Position numbers and translations under genes: made by a program. Of a DNA stretch of 64,000 nucleotides, positions 10,150 to 19,673 are shown piece after piece; the stretch's first letter is position 1; each line of letters begins with the position of its first letter. The notes under the pieces were generated by a model, which was not told the DNA's origin, did no database searches, and worked only from the letters and a program-made list of their open reading frames with translations. The stretch lies in NCBI GenBank assembly GCA_035944115.1, contig DASZBJ010000034.1:1-64000 (forward strand), in the 5' to 3' direction. The DNA is from Candidatus Babeliales bacterium. GTDB lineage: Bacteria > Babelota > Babeliae > Babelales > Vermiphilaceae.

Positions 10150-11196
10150 ATGAAACTTTTAAAACAAAGCTTTTTCACTATTTTCTTAATCACCACATCG
10201 CTCGCAAACGCCATCGATGAACAAGAATACAAACCTGCCAGCATCTGGACAACCTACGCACAAACAGGCAGCTTACCTAAAAAAGAAATTATCCCTTCTT
10301 TCTTAAAAGATTGCCAAAAAGCGCGAGACGCTGGTGAAAATGATAAAATACCAGCACATGACAAAACTATCGCTCGTATAGCAGTTTACAACGTACATTT
10401 TTGGACAAGCCCTGAAAGAAAACCTGCCTATGCAGGTATTATGAATACTATTAAAAATATACAAGCAGATGTTATAGCCCTTCAAGAAGTTTTATTATTT
10501 GATCCAGAAAAAATAAATAATGATTTTGCTCATTTAGGGTATCGATATAGAACATTTATGCCGATGAACCGCTGGAAAGGACATCTTTTTGGCAATATGA
10601 TTGTTTCAAAATATCCCTTTGATACAAAGCCATACAAAAAAACATATGATGCTGATCAATATAGTAAACGAGAAAAACGCAACTTCATTCACACAATTAT
10701 CACATTACCAGACACCAACAAAATCTCACTATGCGGAACACATTTGGACGTCTGGGATGAAACAGAACAAAAACGCTTAGCAGAAGTCAAAGAACTTATT
10801 GCACATGCGTGTGCTGATACATATCCAAATAAAGTATTACTTGCGGACTGGAATGCAGTACGCAAACAAGATTATCAATACAATGTTGCACAAAAACAGG
10901 TATGGAAGTTGTTAACGAAAAATTTTCAAGAAAGAACGGGCCTTACCCAAGTCCCTACACAAACCCTTGATTATATCGAAAGCGCTGGATTTACTGACAG
11001 CTTTGCAAAAAAAGGCATACCTAGTCCTCGTTATACCGTCTGGAGCGGCACACGAGTAGATCTCATCTATTTAGCACAGACATGGAAACTGCCGATCCGC
11101 GGCTGCTACGTCTATTATGGCACAAATCCAGAAGAAGAAAGTGATCATATGCCGATTATTATGGATGTGCTATTACAACCGAAAGCAAAATTATAA
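10150..11196 (+). CDS. Secreted endonuclease/exonuclease/phosphatase (EEP) family protein
   Basis: Signal peptide; EEP motifs (IAVYNVHFW, ALQEV, HLDVWDE, C-terminal SDHMPI). Confidence 0.7.
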   Translation: MKLLKQSFFTIFLITTSLANAIDEQEYKPASIWTTYAQTGSLPKKEIIPSFLKDCQKARDAGENDKIPAHDKTIARIAVYNVHFWTSPERKPAYAGIMNTIKNIQADVIALQEVLLFDPEKINNDFAHLGYRYRTFMPMNRWKGHLFGNMIVSKYPFDTKPYKKTYDADQYSKREKRNFIHTIITLPDTNKISLCGTHLDVWDETEQKRLAEVKELIAHACADTYPNKVLLADWNAVRKQDYQYNVAQKQVWKLLTKNFQERTGLTQVPTQTLDYIESAGFTDSFAKKGIPSPRYTVWSGTRVDLIYLAQTWKLPIRGCYVYYGTNPEEESDHMPIIMDVLLQPKAKL

Positions 11197-11384
11197 ACAC
11201 CACGACCTTAACACTTGCCATACCAAACTCATCAAGAACAAGAAATGTCCGATCGTTGCAATACCCAGTGATTGGTCTGAATAGGCCCTCAAGTAACGAT
11301 CAACAAGCACAACCTCTTTGCAGAAAAATAAGAATTTCATTACACTATATGTGTTCATAATCACGTCCTATTACAGGAGCACAT

Positions 11385-12146
11385 GTGTCTAAGCCTATTC
11401 TTACTATTACCAATCTTTGCAAAGAGTACCGCAGCGATAAGGGAACCTCTGTACACGCACTCAACGATATTTCACTGACTATTAATGAAGGTGAAATTTT
11501 TGGATTACTCGGTGTTAACGGCGCAGGTAAAACTACGCTGTCTTCTATTTTAGCAACACTACACCCTGCCACATCGGGTACCATTCTTTTTAAAGGCGAA
11601 TCGATTTATACAAATTTGATTGCATACCGACGATCGCTCGGATTTTGCCCACAAAAACAGAATCTTGACCCCGAGCTTTCCGTGGAAGAAAACTTAATCT
11701 TTGCTGGCCGTTATCTGCTCATGCCTGAAGAAACAATACAGCATCGTGTTAACAATCTTATGGAGCAACTGGAACTCACTCGCTATGCCAAGTTTAATGT
11801 TAACGCTCTTTCTGGCGGCAATAAACAACGGATACTCATTGGCCGAGCATTAATGCATTCCCCATCAATAATCATCCTTGATGAACCAACTGTTGGTCTT
11901 GATCCTGACATCCGCAGAACTTTGTGGAAACTCATACGATCACTTAAAGATGCTGGTATCACTACTATTTTGACTACTCACTATCTTGATGAGGCAGAAG
12001 TACTTTCCGATCGTATTTGCATACTCCACAAAGGAAAGATTCGACTCATTGAGTCAGTAGCCACTTTAAAAGAGCAACACCAACTCAATAATTTAGAAGA
12101 AATATTTATTAAGCTCACTAAAGAATATGAAAAAGAAGCAGTATGA
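11385..12146 (+). CDS. ABC transporter ATP-binding protein (ABC-2/DrrA-like)
   Basis: Walker A GVNGAGKTT, signature LSGGNKQR, Walker B ILDEPT. Confidence 0.85.
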   Translation: MSKPILTITNLCKEYRSDKGTSVHALNDISLTINEGEIFGLLGVNGAGKTTLSSILATLHPATSGTILFKGESIYTNLIAYRRSLGFCPQKQNLDPELSVEENLIFAGRYLLMPEETIQHRVNNLMEQLELTRYAKFNVNALSGGNKQRILIGRALMHSPSIIILDEPTVGLDPDIRRTLWKLIRSLKDAGITTILTTHYLDEAEVLSDRICILHKGKIRLIESVATLKEQHQLNNLEEIFIKLTKEYEKEAV

Positions 12147-12934
12147 ATATAACCGTATCCGATAGCATACGCGTTTTCTATGCGTTGCTATCCCGCGACC
12201 TGTATGTGCTGTCAAAGCACCTATACAATTTTGTTATTGATGGATGCATAGGAACAGTAACAAAAGCACTCATTTTTTGTTATTTCTTCCCGCTCATGGG
12301 CGCCTCTCCTGATCTTATAGGTGCATTATACATTGGCAGTCTTTTGGGAACCGTTGTTTCCACCACGTATGGACAGTCGCTCCGCATTGTTTTTGACTTT
12401 AAATTTAATCGCATCATTGATTATCAACTTACGTTACCAATAAAAACTCATTTTTTATGGATGCTCCACGCACTCACCACATCTATTAATGCTGCATGCA
12501 TTATCACTCCATCGCTTGCAGGAGCAACGCTCTTTCTGCACCTAAAATTTGGTATCGTTAAGATGCAGGTCATTCCGTTCATCTTAGTCTACATACTTTC
12601 ATTCTTATTTTTGGGAACATTGCTGACAACCTTTGCGTATACACTCCGCTACGAATGGCTTATGACCAATTTGTGGCCGCGCAGATTATCTCCGTTAATG
12701 TATTTTAGCAGTATGTTATTCCCGTGGAAATCTATCTATGCTTTTTGGCCTTCGTTTGGCGTGCTATGCTTATGCAATCCAATGACCTATGTTGCGGAAG
12801 GATTACGATCAACATTATTTGGTCCAGAGCATGGCATTTCATATACCATATGCATTCCAATGCTCATAGTATCGGTTGTACTTACCGGGATGTTCCTGGT
12901 TATTGGCACTAAAAAAAAATTAAATCCTGTATAA
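12143..12934 (+). CDS. ABC-2 type transporter permease
   Basis: Six-TM hydrophobic protein, 4-nt overlap with the ATPase gene. Confidence 0.7.
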   Translation: MNITVSDSIRVFYALLSRDLYVLSKHLYNFVIDGCIGTVTKALIFCYFFPLMGASPDLIGALYIGSLLGTVVSTTYGQSLRIVFDFKFNRIIDYQLTLPIKTHFLWMLHALTTSINAACIITPSLAGATLFLHLKFGIVKMQVIPFILVYILSFLFLGTLLTTFAYTLRYEWLMTNLWPRRLSPLMYFSSMLFPWKSIYAFWPSFGVLCLCNPMTYVAEGLRSTLFGPEHGISYTICIPMLIVSVVLTGMFLVIGTKKKLNPV

Positions 12935-12943
12935 GGTATATCT

Positions 12944-13732
12944 ATGAATCAATCGCTTGCAGTTTTCTGGCAGTTTTTAAGACGAGACTTTTATACCTGC
13001 CGCCCACAACTCATCAATGAATTTATAAATTGTACGATTATCTTTCCCTTGTTATATATTTTGATATTTGGTTATCTGCAGGGATCACTCGTATTTAGCG
13101 CTGACAGCGGAGAAAAATCAACCATACTTATTTTAGGTAGCGTACTTCTGATCTTGGTTATCCTCAGCTCAAGACAAGCAATTCCCGTACTGTTTGACAT
13201 GGAAGGCAATAGATTCATTGCATACCAGATGTCTGTGCTGAAACCGCCATTGGTTATCATAGAATACATACTATTTTCCACGCTACGGAATTTCATTCTC
13301 ATCACTCCGTTTGTTCCCATAGCAAAACTCACGCTCGGCCATCTATTTCAGACCCAAAACGCTTCCTATGTTCAACTGTTTATACTCTTGCTGCTTGCAT
13401 CTCTACTGACGAGCGCGTATCATTTTTTCGTTGTCTGCTTGGTAAATAATTCACGCTTAATTGGACGAATATGGGCTCGATATAACGATCCTTTATTCAT
13501 GTTTGGAGGATTATGGGCTCCGTGGTATGTGATGAATAGTTTTTCACCTATGCTCGGATACATTACCTACGCAAACCCATTTCTTTACATCACCGAAGGA
13601 CTGCGATACGCGGTACTGCAAAAGAGCGAATTCTTTCATTTCTCTACCTGCGTCATTGCACTTTTATTCTTTTCGTGCGCTTTTACCTATGGCTGCACAC
13701 GACTTCTGAAAAAGCATCTGGATCATATTTAA
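12944..13732 (+). CDS. ABC-2 type transporter permease (second)
   Basis: Paralogous six-TM permease immediately downstream. Confidence 0.7.
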   Translation: MNQSLAVFWQFLRRDFYTCRPQLINEFINCTIIFPLLYILIFGYLQGSLVFSADSGEKSTILILGSVLLILVILSSRQAIPVLFDMEGNRFIAYQMSVLKPPLVIIEYILFSTLRNFILITPFVPIAKLTLGHLFQTQNASYVQLFILLLLASLLTSAYHFFVVCLVNNSRLIGRIWARYNDPLFMFGGLWAPWYVMNSFSPMLGYITYANPFLYITEGLRYAVLQKSEFFHFSTCVIALLFFSCAFTYGCTRLLKKHLDHI

Positions 13733-13835
13733 CTGGCACCTGGAGCACTTTTGACATACATAGTAAAAGCATGACCATTTGATAGACTGATTTGAGAAAT
13801 AGTAAAATCGAGCATATAAGCAAGGGTCATTTGTT

Positions 13836-15431
13836 ATGACAAATCAACCAAAAAGAATGGGTATTCATTACAGTATATTTGAGAATTTTGTTAAAGAAAA
13901 TCGCATATACGTTGATAAAACCAAACATATTTATAATCTCATAACAGCGCCTGAATATAATCATTTTTACTTTGTATCTCGCCCCCGCCGCTTTGGAAAA
14001 TCCCTTTTTATTTCTACGCTCAAGGCAATTTTTTTGGGTAAAAAAGAACTATTTAATGAATATTGGATTGGCAAAAACGGTAATTATGAGTGGCAGACCC
14101 ATCCAATTATACACCTAGATTTTGGTGGGATTGTTCATAAATTACCTGAACAATTTGAGCAAAATTTTTGTTTGGCACTGCGAAGTATTGCAAAACAGTA
14201 TGGTGCTGACGAGCTAGAAGGTACTAATCCAGGCAGGTTGCTCCAAGATCTTGTTCAGAAAATCGCAATACATGGAAAAATAGTATTACTCATCGATGAA
14301 TATGATAAGCCTATAGTTGATCATATTGACAATCTTCAAATCGCCGAAGAAAACAGAAAGATACTTGGCAGTTTTTATACCACAGTAAAATCTTTAGAGG
14401 CCGATTGGCGTGCTATTTTTATAACCGGAGTCAGCAAATTTTCTAAAACTTCGCTATTTTCTGGCCTTAATAACCTCACCGAGCTTTCTTTAGATCCTAT
14501 AGCAGCAGAACTATTTGGGTACACAGAGCAAGAACTAATTACCTATTATTCACCACAAATAGACGCCCTTGCACACCATATTGGCAAGACGCGAGAGGTG
14601 GTTCTTACTGATCTGAAAAATTGGTACGATGGATACCGATTTTGTGATGATTTTACAAAACCACAAATGTACAACCCCCTTTCTGTTACCACCTGCCTCG
14701 CCAATAAAAAATTTGCTAATTATTGGTTTAATACTGGGTCGCCCGGCTTTCTGATAGCATTATTACGAAAAAAAGGTATTAGCCTTGAGCTAAACGAACC
14801 CATCGAAATGCCTATGAGCGGCTTAGAATCAATTGACATCAATAATATTCCATTATATACCCTGCTGTTACAAACAGGTTACCTAACCATAGTTGATTAC
14901 GATCCCTCAGTAGAGGCCTTTACATTAAATTATCCTAACCAAGAAGTACGAAAATCTTTTAAAGATTATCTGGTACAAGCATTTGCATATACCACACCCG
15001 ACGTGCTGCAAATGGAACTTGTACGGATGCGTAGAGCTTTGCTCGAACAAAACTTTGAAACATTTTGCCGCGCAATCAAAATTCTTTTTGCTGGAATCCC
15101 TTATAATCTACACATTCCACGAGAAAGTTATTATCATTCGCTCATTCACCTCATGTTTGACTTACTTGGCATGAAACCACAATCGGAAGTCGCTTCCAGC
15201 AGCGGTCGATCAGATCTTGTACTAGAAACAGCCAATACCATTTTCATTTTTGAATTTAAATATGATGGCTCAGCACAGCAAGCGCTTGATCAAATTATTC
15301 AAAAAAAATATTACGAAAAATACATGCACAGCAACAAAGCAATTACCTTGGTTGGTATTAACATGAACTTTAAAGATAAAAACGTAGAATTTGAATGGGT
15401 GCAACAAAACGTACAAAAGATTAAAAACTAA
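13836..15431 (+). CDS. Stand-alone AAA-ATPase fused to a C-terminal PD-(D/E)XK nuclease domain (DUF1703-type 'predicted AAA-ATPase' family)
   Basis: Walker A RRFGKS, Walker B VLLIDEYD; C-terminal D..LVLE..IFEFK PD-(D/E)XK motif. Confidence 0.75.
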   Translation: MTNQPKRMGIHYSIFENFVKENRIYVDKTKHIYNLITAPEYNHFYFVSRPRRFGKSLFISTLKAIFLGKKELFNEYWIGKNGNYEWQTHPIIHLDFGGIVHKLPEQFEQNFCLALRSIAKQYGADELEGTNPGRLLQDLVQKIAIHGKIVLLIDEYDKPIVDHIDNLQIAEENRKILGSFYTTVKSLEADWRAIFITGVSKFSKTSLFSGLNNLTELSLDPIAAELFGYTEQELITYYSPQIDALAHHIGKTREVVLTDLKNWYDGYRFCDDFTKPQMYNPLSVTTCLANKKFANYWFNTGSPGFLIALLRKKGISLELNEPIEMPMSGLESIDINNIPLYTLLLQTGYLTIVDYDPSVEAFTLNYPNQEVRKSFKDYLVQAFAYTTPDVLQMELVRMRRALLEQNFETFCRAIKILFAGIPYNLHIPRESYYHSLIHLMFDLLGMKPQSEVASSSGRSDLVLETANTIFIFEFKYDGSAQQALDQIIQKKYYEKYMHSNKAITLVGINMNFKDKNVEFEWVQQNVQKIKN

Positions 15432-15610
15432 TTAAATAAAATTGCAGAACATGAAATCAAATCATGATCAAGACTGGCCCAAAGAACTTATTTTTAGAAG
15501 CTTTAGAAAAAAGAGAAGACATTGAACTCTCTTCCTTAGCAGAATATCGTGATAAAAATGATGATACTACAATAGGGCATGAAGATGCATGGAAATAGTC
15601 ACCAACAAAA

Positions 15611-15640
15611 AAGAGGATGCAATGCATCCTCTTTTAATTT
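15611..15640. terminator. Bidirectional Rho-independent terminator between convergent genes
   Basis: AAGAGGATGCA-a-TGCATCCTCTT perfect hairpin, flanked by an A-run and a U-run. Confidence 0.6.
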
Positions 15641-15661
15641 TCTACAACTACCAAGTATCAA

Positions 15662-16306
15662 TTACTCAGCAACATCCAACAACGTAACATCAAAGATTAA
15701 CGTTGAGCCTGCAGGGATTGAACCCATGTTGCGATTACCATATCCCAAGTTTGCTGGAATAATCAATCGACGCTCTTCGCCAACTTTCATGCCCATAACC
15801 CCTTCATCCCATCCTGCAATCACTTGGTGTGCACCAATCACAAATTGAAATGGCATTCCACGATCAACAGAGCTATCAAATTTCGCGCCTTTTTCACCAT
15901 TTTTATCAAGCCATCCGGTATAATGTACCGTTACAACTTTTCTGCTTTTTGGTGACTTTGCATCAGCTGGTGCTGGCTTTAAGATGATATATTGCAATCC
16001 CGATGGAGTTGTTACCACTCCAGAATTATTTTCTGCCATTTCTTTTCCCTGTAGCATTGTTTGATTTTCTTGTATTACTGCTGGTCTAACATCTAGAGGC
16101 TCTTGCACTACCGGAGCTAATTCCGCCGAAACGGCTACATGTTCATCCGCATGATCATGCGTAGGCGCAGAAACTTCTTTAACTTCTTTTTGCCCACATG
16201 ATGACGCAGGACAACAGTTTTTTTGACAGCTATCACATCCGCTAAAGCCACTAATAAACAACGCTACGCATGCCAATGTAAGCGCGCCTATTATATTTTT
16301 TTTCAT
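15662..16306 (-). CDS. FKBP-type peptidyl-prolyl cis-trans isomerase, Mip-like lipoprotein with Cys-rich linker
   Basis: C-terminal FKBP domain (VTVHYTGWL..GWDEGV..GYG); lipobox-like LFISGFSGC; SD before the ATG at 16306. Confidence 0.8.
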   Translation of the reverse strand: MKKNIIGALTLACVALFISGFSGCDSCQKNCCPASSCGQKEVKEVSAPTHDHADEHVAVSAELAPVVQEPLDVRPAVIQENQTMLQGKEMAENNSGVVTTPSGLQYIILKPAPADAKSPKSRKVVTVHYTGWLDKNGEKGAKFDSSVDRGMPFQFVIGAHQVIAGWDEGVMGMKVGEERRLIIPANLGYGNRNMGSIPAGSTLIFDVTLLDVAE

Positions 16307-16383
16307 AAAATATCCCTTTCTTAAAAAAAACAACTATTAAAATATGTGCTACAGGGTAGCATAGATTGTTAATTTCACAAATT

Positions 16384-16929
16384 TCAGATTACTTGAAACG
16401 CCTTAATAATCTCTTGCGCATGAGCATTAACATCAACATCCTTAAGGATCTTAATAATAACACCCTGTTTATTTATCAAAAAGGTAACGCGATCAGGGAA
16501 AAACCATCCTGAAACACCATACAGTTTAGAGACTGTTTTATCGCTATCGCTCAGCAACGGAAAATTTAATGATTTTTTCTCTTTAAATTTTTTAAGATCT
16601 TCTGGACTATCATAACTCATACACCACACCTCTACACCCGCCGCTTGCAGATCAGCAAAGCCATCTCTAATACTGCATACTTCAGTATTACAATGCGGCG
16701 TTCCCGGTTTAGGCACCCACATCAACGCAATATTTTTACCGAGCTCGTGGGATAATATCCGTTCTTTGCCAGCATCATCTAATAACGTAAAATCTGGTGC
16801 CGCAAAACCTACTGCAACTTTATGCTCCATAACAACTCCTTTTTTTGACTGTTTACTTTTACAACAACACGCGGAGGCCATTCCCAACACAACAACCATA
16901 AACACTATACAGAAACATTGTACCTTCAT
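16384..16929 (-). CDS. Peroxiredoxin (Bcp/PrxQ-like), probably a lipoprotein
   Basis: PKPGTPHCNTEVC active-site motif; N-terminal hydrophobic segment with Cys cluster. Confidence 0.75.
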   Translation of the reverse strand: MKVQCFCIVFMVVVLGMASACCCKSKQSKKGVVMEHKVAVGFAAPDFTLLDDAGKERILSHELGKNIALMWVPKPGTPHCNTEVCSIRDGFADLQAAGVEVWCMSYDSPEDLKKFKEKKSLNFPLLSDSDKTVSKLYGVSGWFFPDRVTFLINKQGVIIKILKDVDVNAHAQEIIKAFQVI

Positions 16930-17137
16930 ACCTCACCCTGTTTTTAAAGATTAATAAATTACCATAACCGTACACTAAAAATAGGAGAGTTCAATAATCC
17001 ACACCTTTGCTGATCAATTACCACCCCTGATACTACACAGCGCTGCAACACTCTCCCCCTTGTCTGTATCGACGAAAATCAAACATCTTGTTATACTGTA
17101 AAAAGCATGATCGACTTTTCATATAGGATTACTAATT

Positions 17138-18070
17138 ATGGGCAAAATCTTATTATTTTACAAGTATGTCACCATTGAATACCCAAAACGTACCCTGAAA
17201 TGGCAACAAAAGCTGTGCGCTGATTTAAAACTTACCGGACGCATTTTGCTTGGTCACGAAGGAATCAACGGTACCGTCGGTGGTAGTGATGAACATATCG
17301 CTCACTATAAAAATGCAATGCGCAAGGACCCTTTGTTTGCTGACATCGATTTTAAAGAAAGTGAAGGCGGCGCTGAATGTTTCCCGAAAATGCGTATCGC
17401 TGTCCGAGATGAAATCGTCAGCATTGGTATCCCCGCTGACCAACTCACTCCCAAGCAAGGCGGTGCCCACTTAAACCCAGATGAAGCGCATGCTTTAATC
17501 CAAAGCAACCCTGATAATTTAGTAATTCTCGATGCGCGTAATAAAGTGGAATGGCAAGTTGGTGCATTTACCAACGCAGTAAAACCTGACATTGATAATT
17601 TTAGAGACCTTCCAGCATATATCGATAGTAATTTAGAACAATTTAAAGATAAGCAAGTTTTAATGTACTGCACTGGCGGAGTTCGTTGCGAGCGCGCAAG
17701 CGCATACTTAAACACCAAAGGTGTTGCTGCGCAGGTGTATCAGATAGAGGGCGGCATACAGCGTTACACTGACGCATATCCTGATGGCTACTTCCGGGGT
17801 AAAAATTATGTGTTTGATGGGCGCGTTACCGTTAAAATTAATGATGACATTTTAGGATCATGCGCACTGTGCGATACATCATGTGATGATTTTATTAACT
17901 GCCGAAATGTTTTATGCAACAAGCATATGATCTCATGTGCGGACTGCACAATAACATTCAAAAACAGTTGTAGCGCTGCCTGCTTAGAACTTCTTGAAAA
18001 CAACCAAGTTGCAACTAGACCCGAATTTGTAAAGGTTTCCCTTGAAAAGAAACATAACCCTTGCGGATAA
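17138..18070 (+). CDS. trhO: Rhodanese-domain tRNA uridine(34) hydroxylase (TrhO/YceA family)
   Basis: UPF0176 N-terminal domain plus rhodanese motif CTGGVRCE; C-terminal Cys-rich tail. Confidence 0.75.
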   Translation: MGKILLFYKYVTIEYPKRTLKWQQKLCADLKLTGRILLGHEGINGTVGGSDEHIAHYKNAMRKDPLFADIDFKESEGGAECFPKMRIAVRDEIVSIGIPADQLTPKQGGAHLNPDEAHALIQSNPDNLVILDARNKVEWQVGAFTNAVKPDIDNFRDLPAYIDSNLEQFKDKQVLMYCTGGVRCERASAYLNTKGVAAQVYQIEGGIQRYTDAYPDGYFRGKNYVFDGRVTVKINDDILGSCALCDTSCDDFINCRNVLCNKHMISCADCTITFKNSCSAACLELLENNQVATRPEFVKVSLEKKHNPCG

Positions 18071-18977
18071 AAATTGGTTTGCAACGGGAGGATCTGCCAA
18101 TTATTTTTGCGAGCCAACCACAGCACATGAATTTCAAGACGCAATCAACTTTGCTCAAAAAAATAACCTTGAGCTTTTTATCCTTGGCCAAGGCGCTAAT
18201 ATTTTGGTTAGTGACGAAGGCTTTGATGGCGTTGTTATTCGTCCTGCGCTACAAAACATCACTACTGAAAGCCTGCGTGACAACTCTGTGCTAGTCACCG
18301 CTGGTGCTGGCGTCACCATACACGATCTTATTGTATTTTGCTTTGATAATAACATTCTTGGCCTTGAAGAATTTAGCGGAATTCCCGGTACTGTTGGCGG
18401 ATCTGTGTATATCAACCTTCATTATTTTTCATTTTTATTGGGTAATTTTCTGGTGAGCGCACAAGTGCTTCATAAAACAACGGGGACACTCCTGACCGTC
18501 GATAATGCGTGGTTTAATTTCGGTTACGACACATCGACATTGCATAACAACGAATATTATCTTGTCACCGCTACCTTTAAATTAACGCGCGCAACAGATT
18601 TGGAAATTGCCTACGCGCGTGGCAGACATACGGAAATCATTCGCCATCGTACGTCACGGTACCCAACACGTAATACTTGCGGCAGTTTCTTTAGGAATTT
18701 TCATCCTGAAGAAGTTACCTTAGAAAGCAATGGCAAAAAAATGATTTATGTGGCGTATTACCTTGATAAAATCGGCGCTAAAGGAACTTTGAATGTTGGT
18801 AATGCTGTCGTTTCATACCAGCATGCAAATATGATCGTGCATAATGGCACTGCAACTTCGAAAGACATTATTCAACTCGCTCGTGCAATGCAAGAAAAAG
18901 TATATGATGCCTTTGGCGTGATGCCGCAACCTGAATGTCAACTTATTGGCTTTAAAGAATATCCATTACATAAGTAA
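18042..18977 (+). CDS. murB: UDP-N-acetylenolpyruvoylglucosamine reductase (short type)
   Basis: FAD-binding GGSANYF..GQGANILV and IPGTVGGSVYIN motifs; 29-nt overlap with trhO. Confidence 0.8.
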   Translation: MKRNITLADKNWFATGGSANYFCEPTTAHEFQDAINFAQKNNLELFILGQGANILVSDEGFDGVVIRPALQNITTESLRDNSVLVTAGAGVTIHDLIVFCFDNNILGLEEFSGIPGTVGGSVYINLHYFSFLLGNFLVSAQVLHKTTGTLLTVDNAWFNFGYDTSTLHNNEYYLVTATFKLTRATDLEIAYARGRHTEIIRHRTSRYPTRNTCGSFFRNFHPEEVTLESNGKKMIYVAYYLDKIGAKGTLNVGNAVVSYQHANMIVHNGTATSKDIIQLARAMQEKVYDAFGVMPQPECQLIGFKEYPLHK

Positions 18978-18983
18978 GAAATC

Positions 18984-19658
18984 ATGTTTTACAGTAACGA
19001 ATTTATTTTCATTATCCATGTGGCCGTTATCGGCTTTTTTGCATTAGCTTCACTAAAACTTGGTAAACATGCACTCATTGCGTTTATATCCACCTGCTGT
19101 ATTGCGGCAAATCTATTTGTCGTCAAACAGATCACGCTTTTTGGACTTGATGCAACCTGCTCTGATGCGTTCACCGTCGGCGCTGTATTTGGTCTTAATC
19201 TTCTACAAGAATACTTTGGACGTCCCATTACCAAAACGGCTATTTGGATTAGCTTTTTTTTAATGGTTTTTTTTGCAATCGTCTGCCAAATCCACATCAG
19301 TTATATTCCAAACAGCTATGACATTGCACAAATACATTATCATGCAATTCTTACATTCATGCCCCGCATTACTATGGCATCATTTACGGTGTATTTGATT
19401 GTCCAACAACTCGATAGCTATCTGTATGGAGTACTCAAAAGCAAATTTGCAGGCAGGTACTTAACCGCACGCAACTATATCTCAATCGGAATCTGCCAAC
19501 TCATCGATACCGTTTTATTTAGTTTCTTAGGCCTGTATGGCATCGTACATTCTGTTTGGGATGTTATAGCAATCAGTTATGCCGTTAAGGTAATTATCAT
19601 TCTCCTGACAACACCGTACATTCTTCTTTCTAAACATATACACTCATCAACTCCTTAA
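18984..19658 (+). CDS. yhhQ: Queuosine-precursor transporter (YhhQ/VUT family)
   Basis: 224-aa polytopic membrane protein with YhhQ-like size and position immediately upstream of tgt. Confidence 0.6.
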   Translation: MFYSNEFIFIIHVAVIGFFALASLKLGKHALIAFISTCCIAANLFVVKQITLFGLDATCSDAFTVGAVFGLNLLQEYFGRPITKTAIWISFFLMVFFAIVCQIHISYIPNSYDIAQIHYHAILTFMPRITMASFTVYLIVQQLDSYLYGVLKSKFAGRYLTARNYISIGICQLIDTVLFSFLGLYGIVHSVWDVIAISYAVKVIIILLTTPYILLSKHIHSSTP

Positions 19659-19673
19659 AAAAATAATCTTTGT

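Noticed and set aside
15695-15725. tRNA T-arm-like sequence (GGGTTCAATCCCTGC on the minus strand)
   Set aside because: It lies inside the well-supported FKBP coding frame. No acceptor or anticodon stems are present around it
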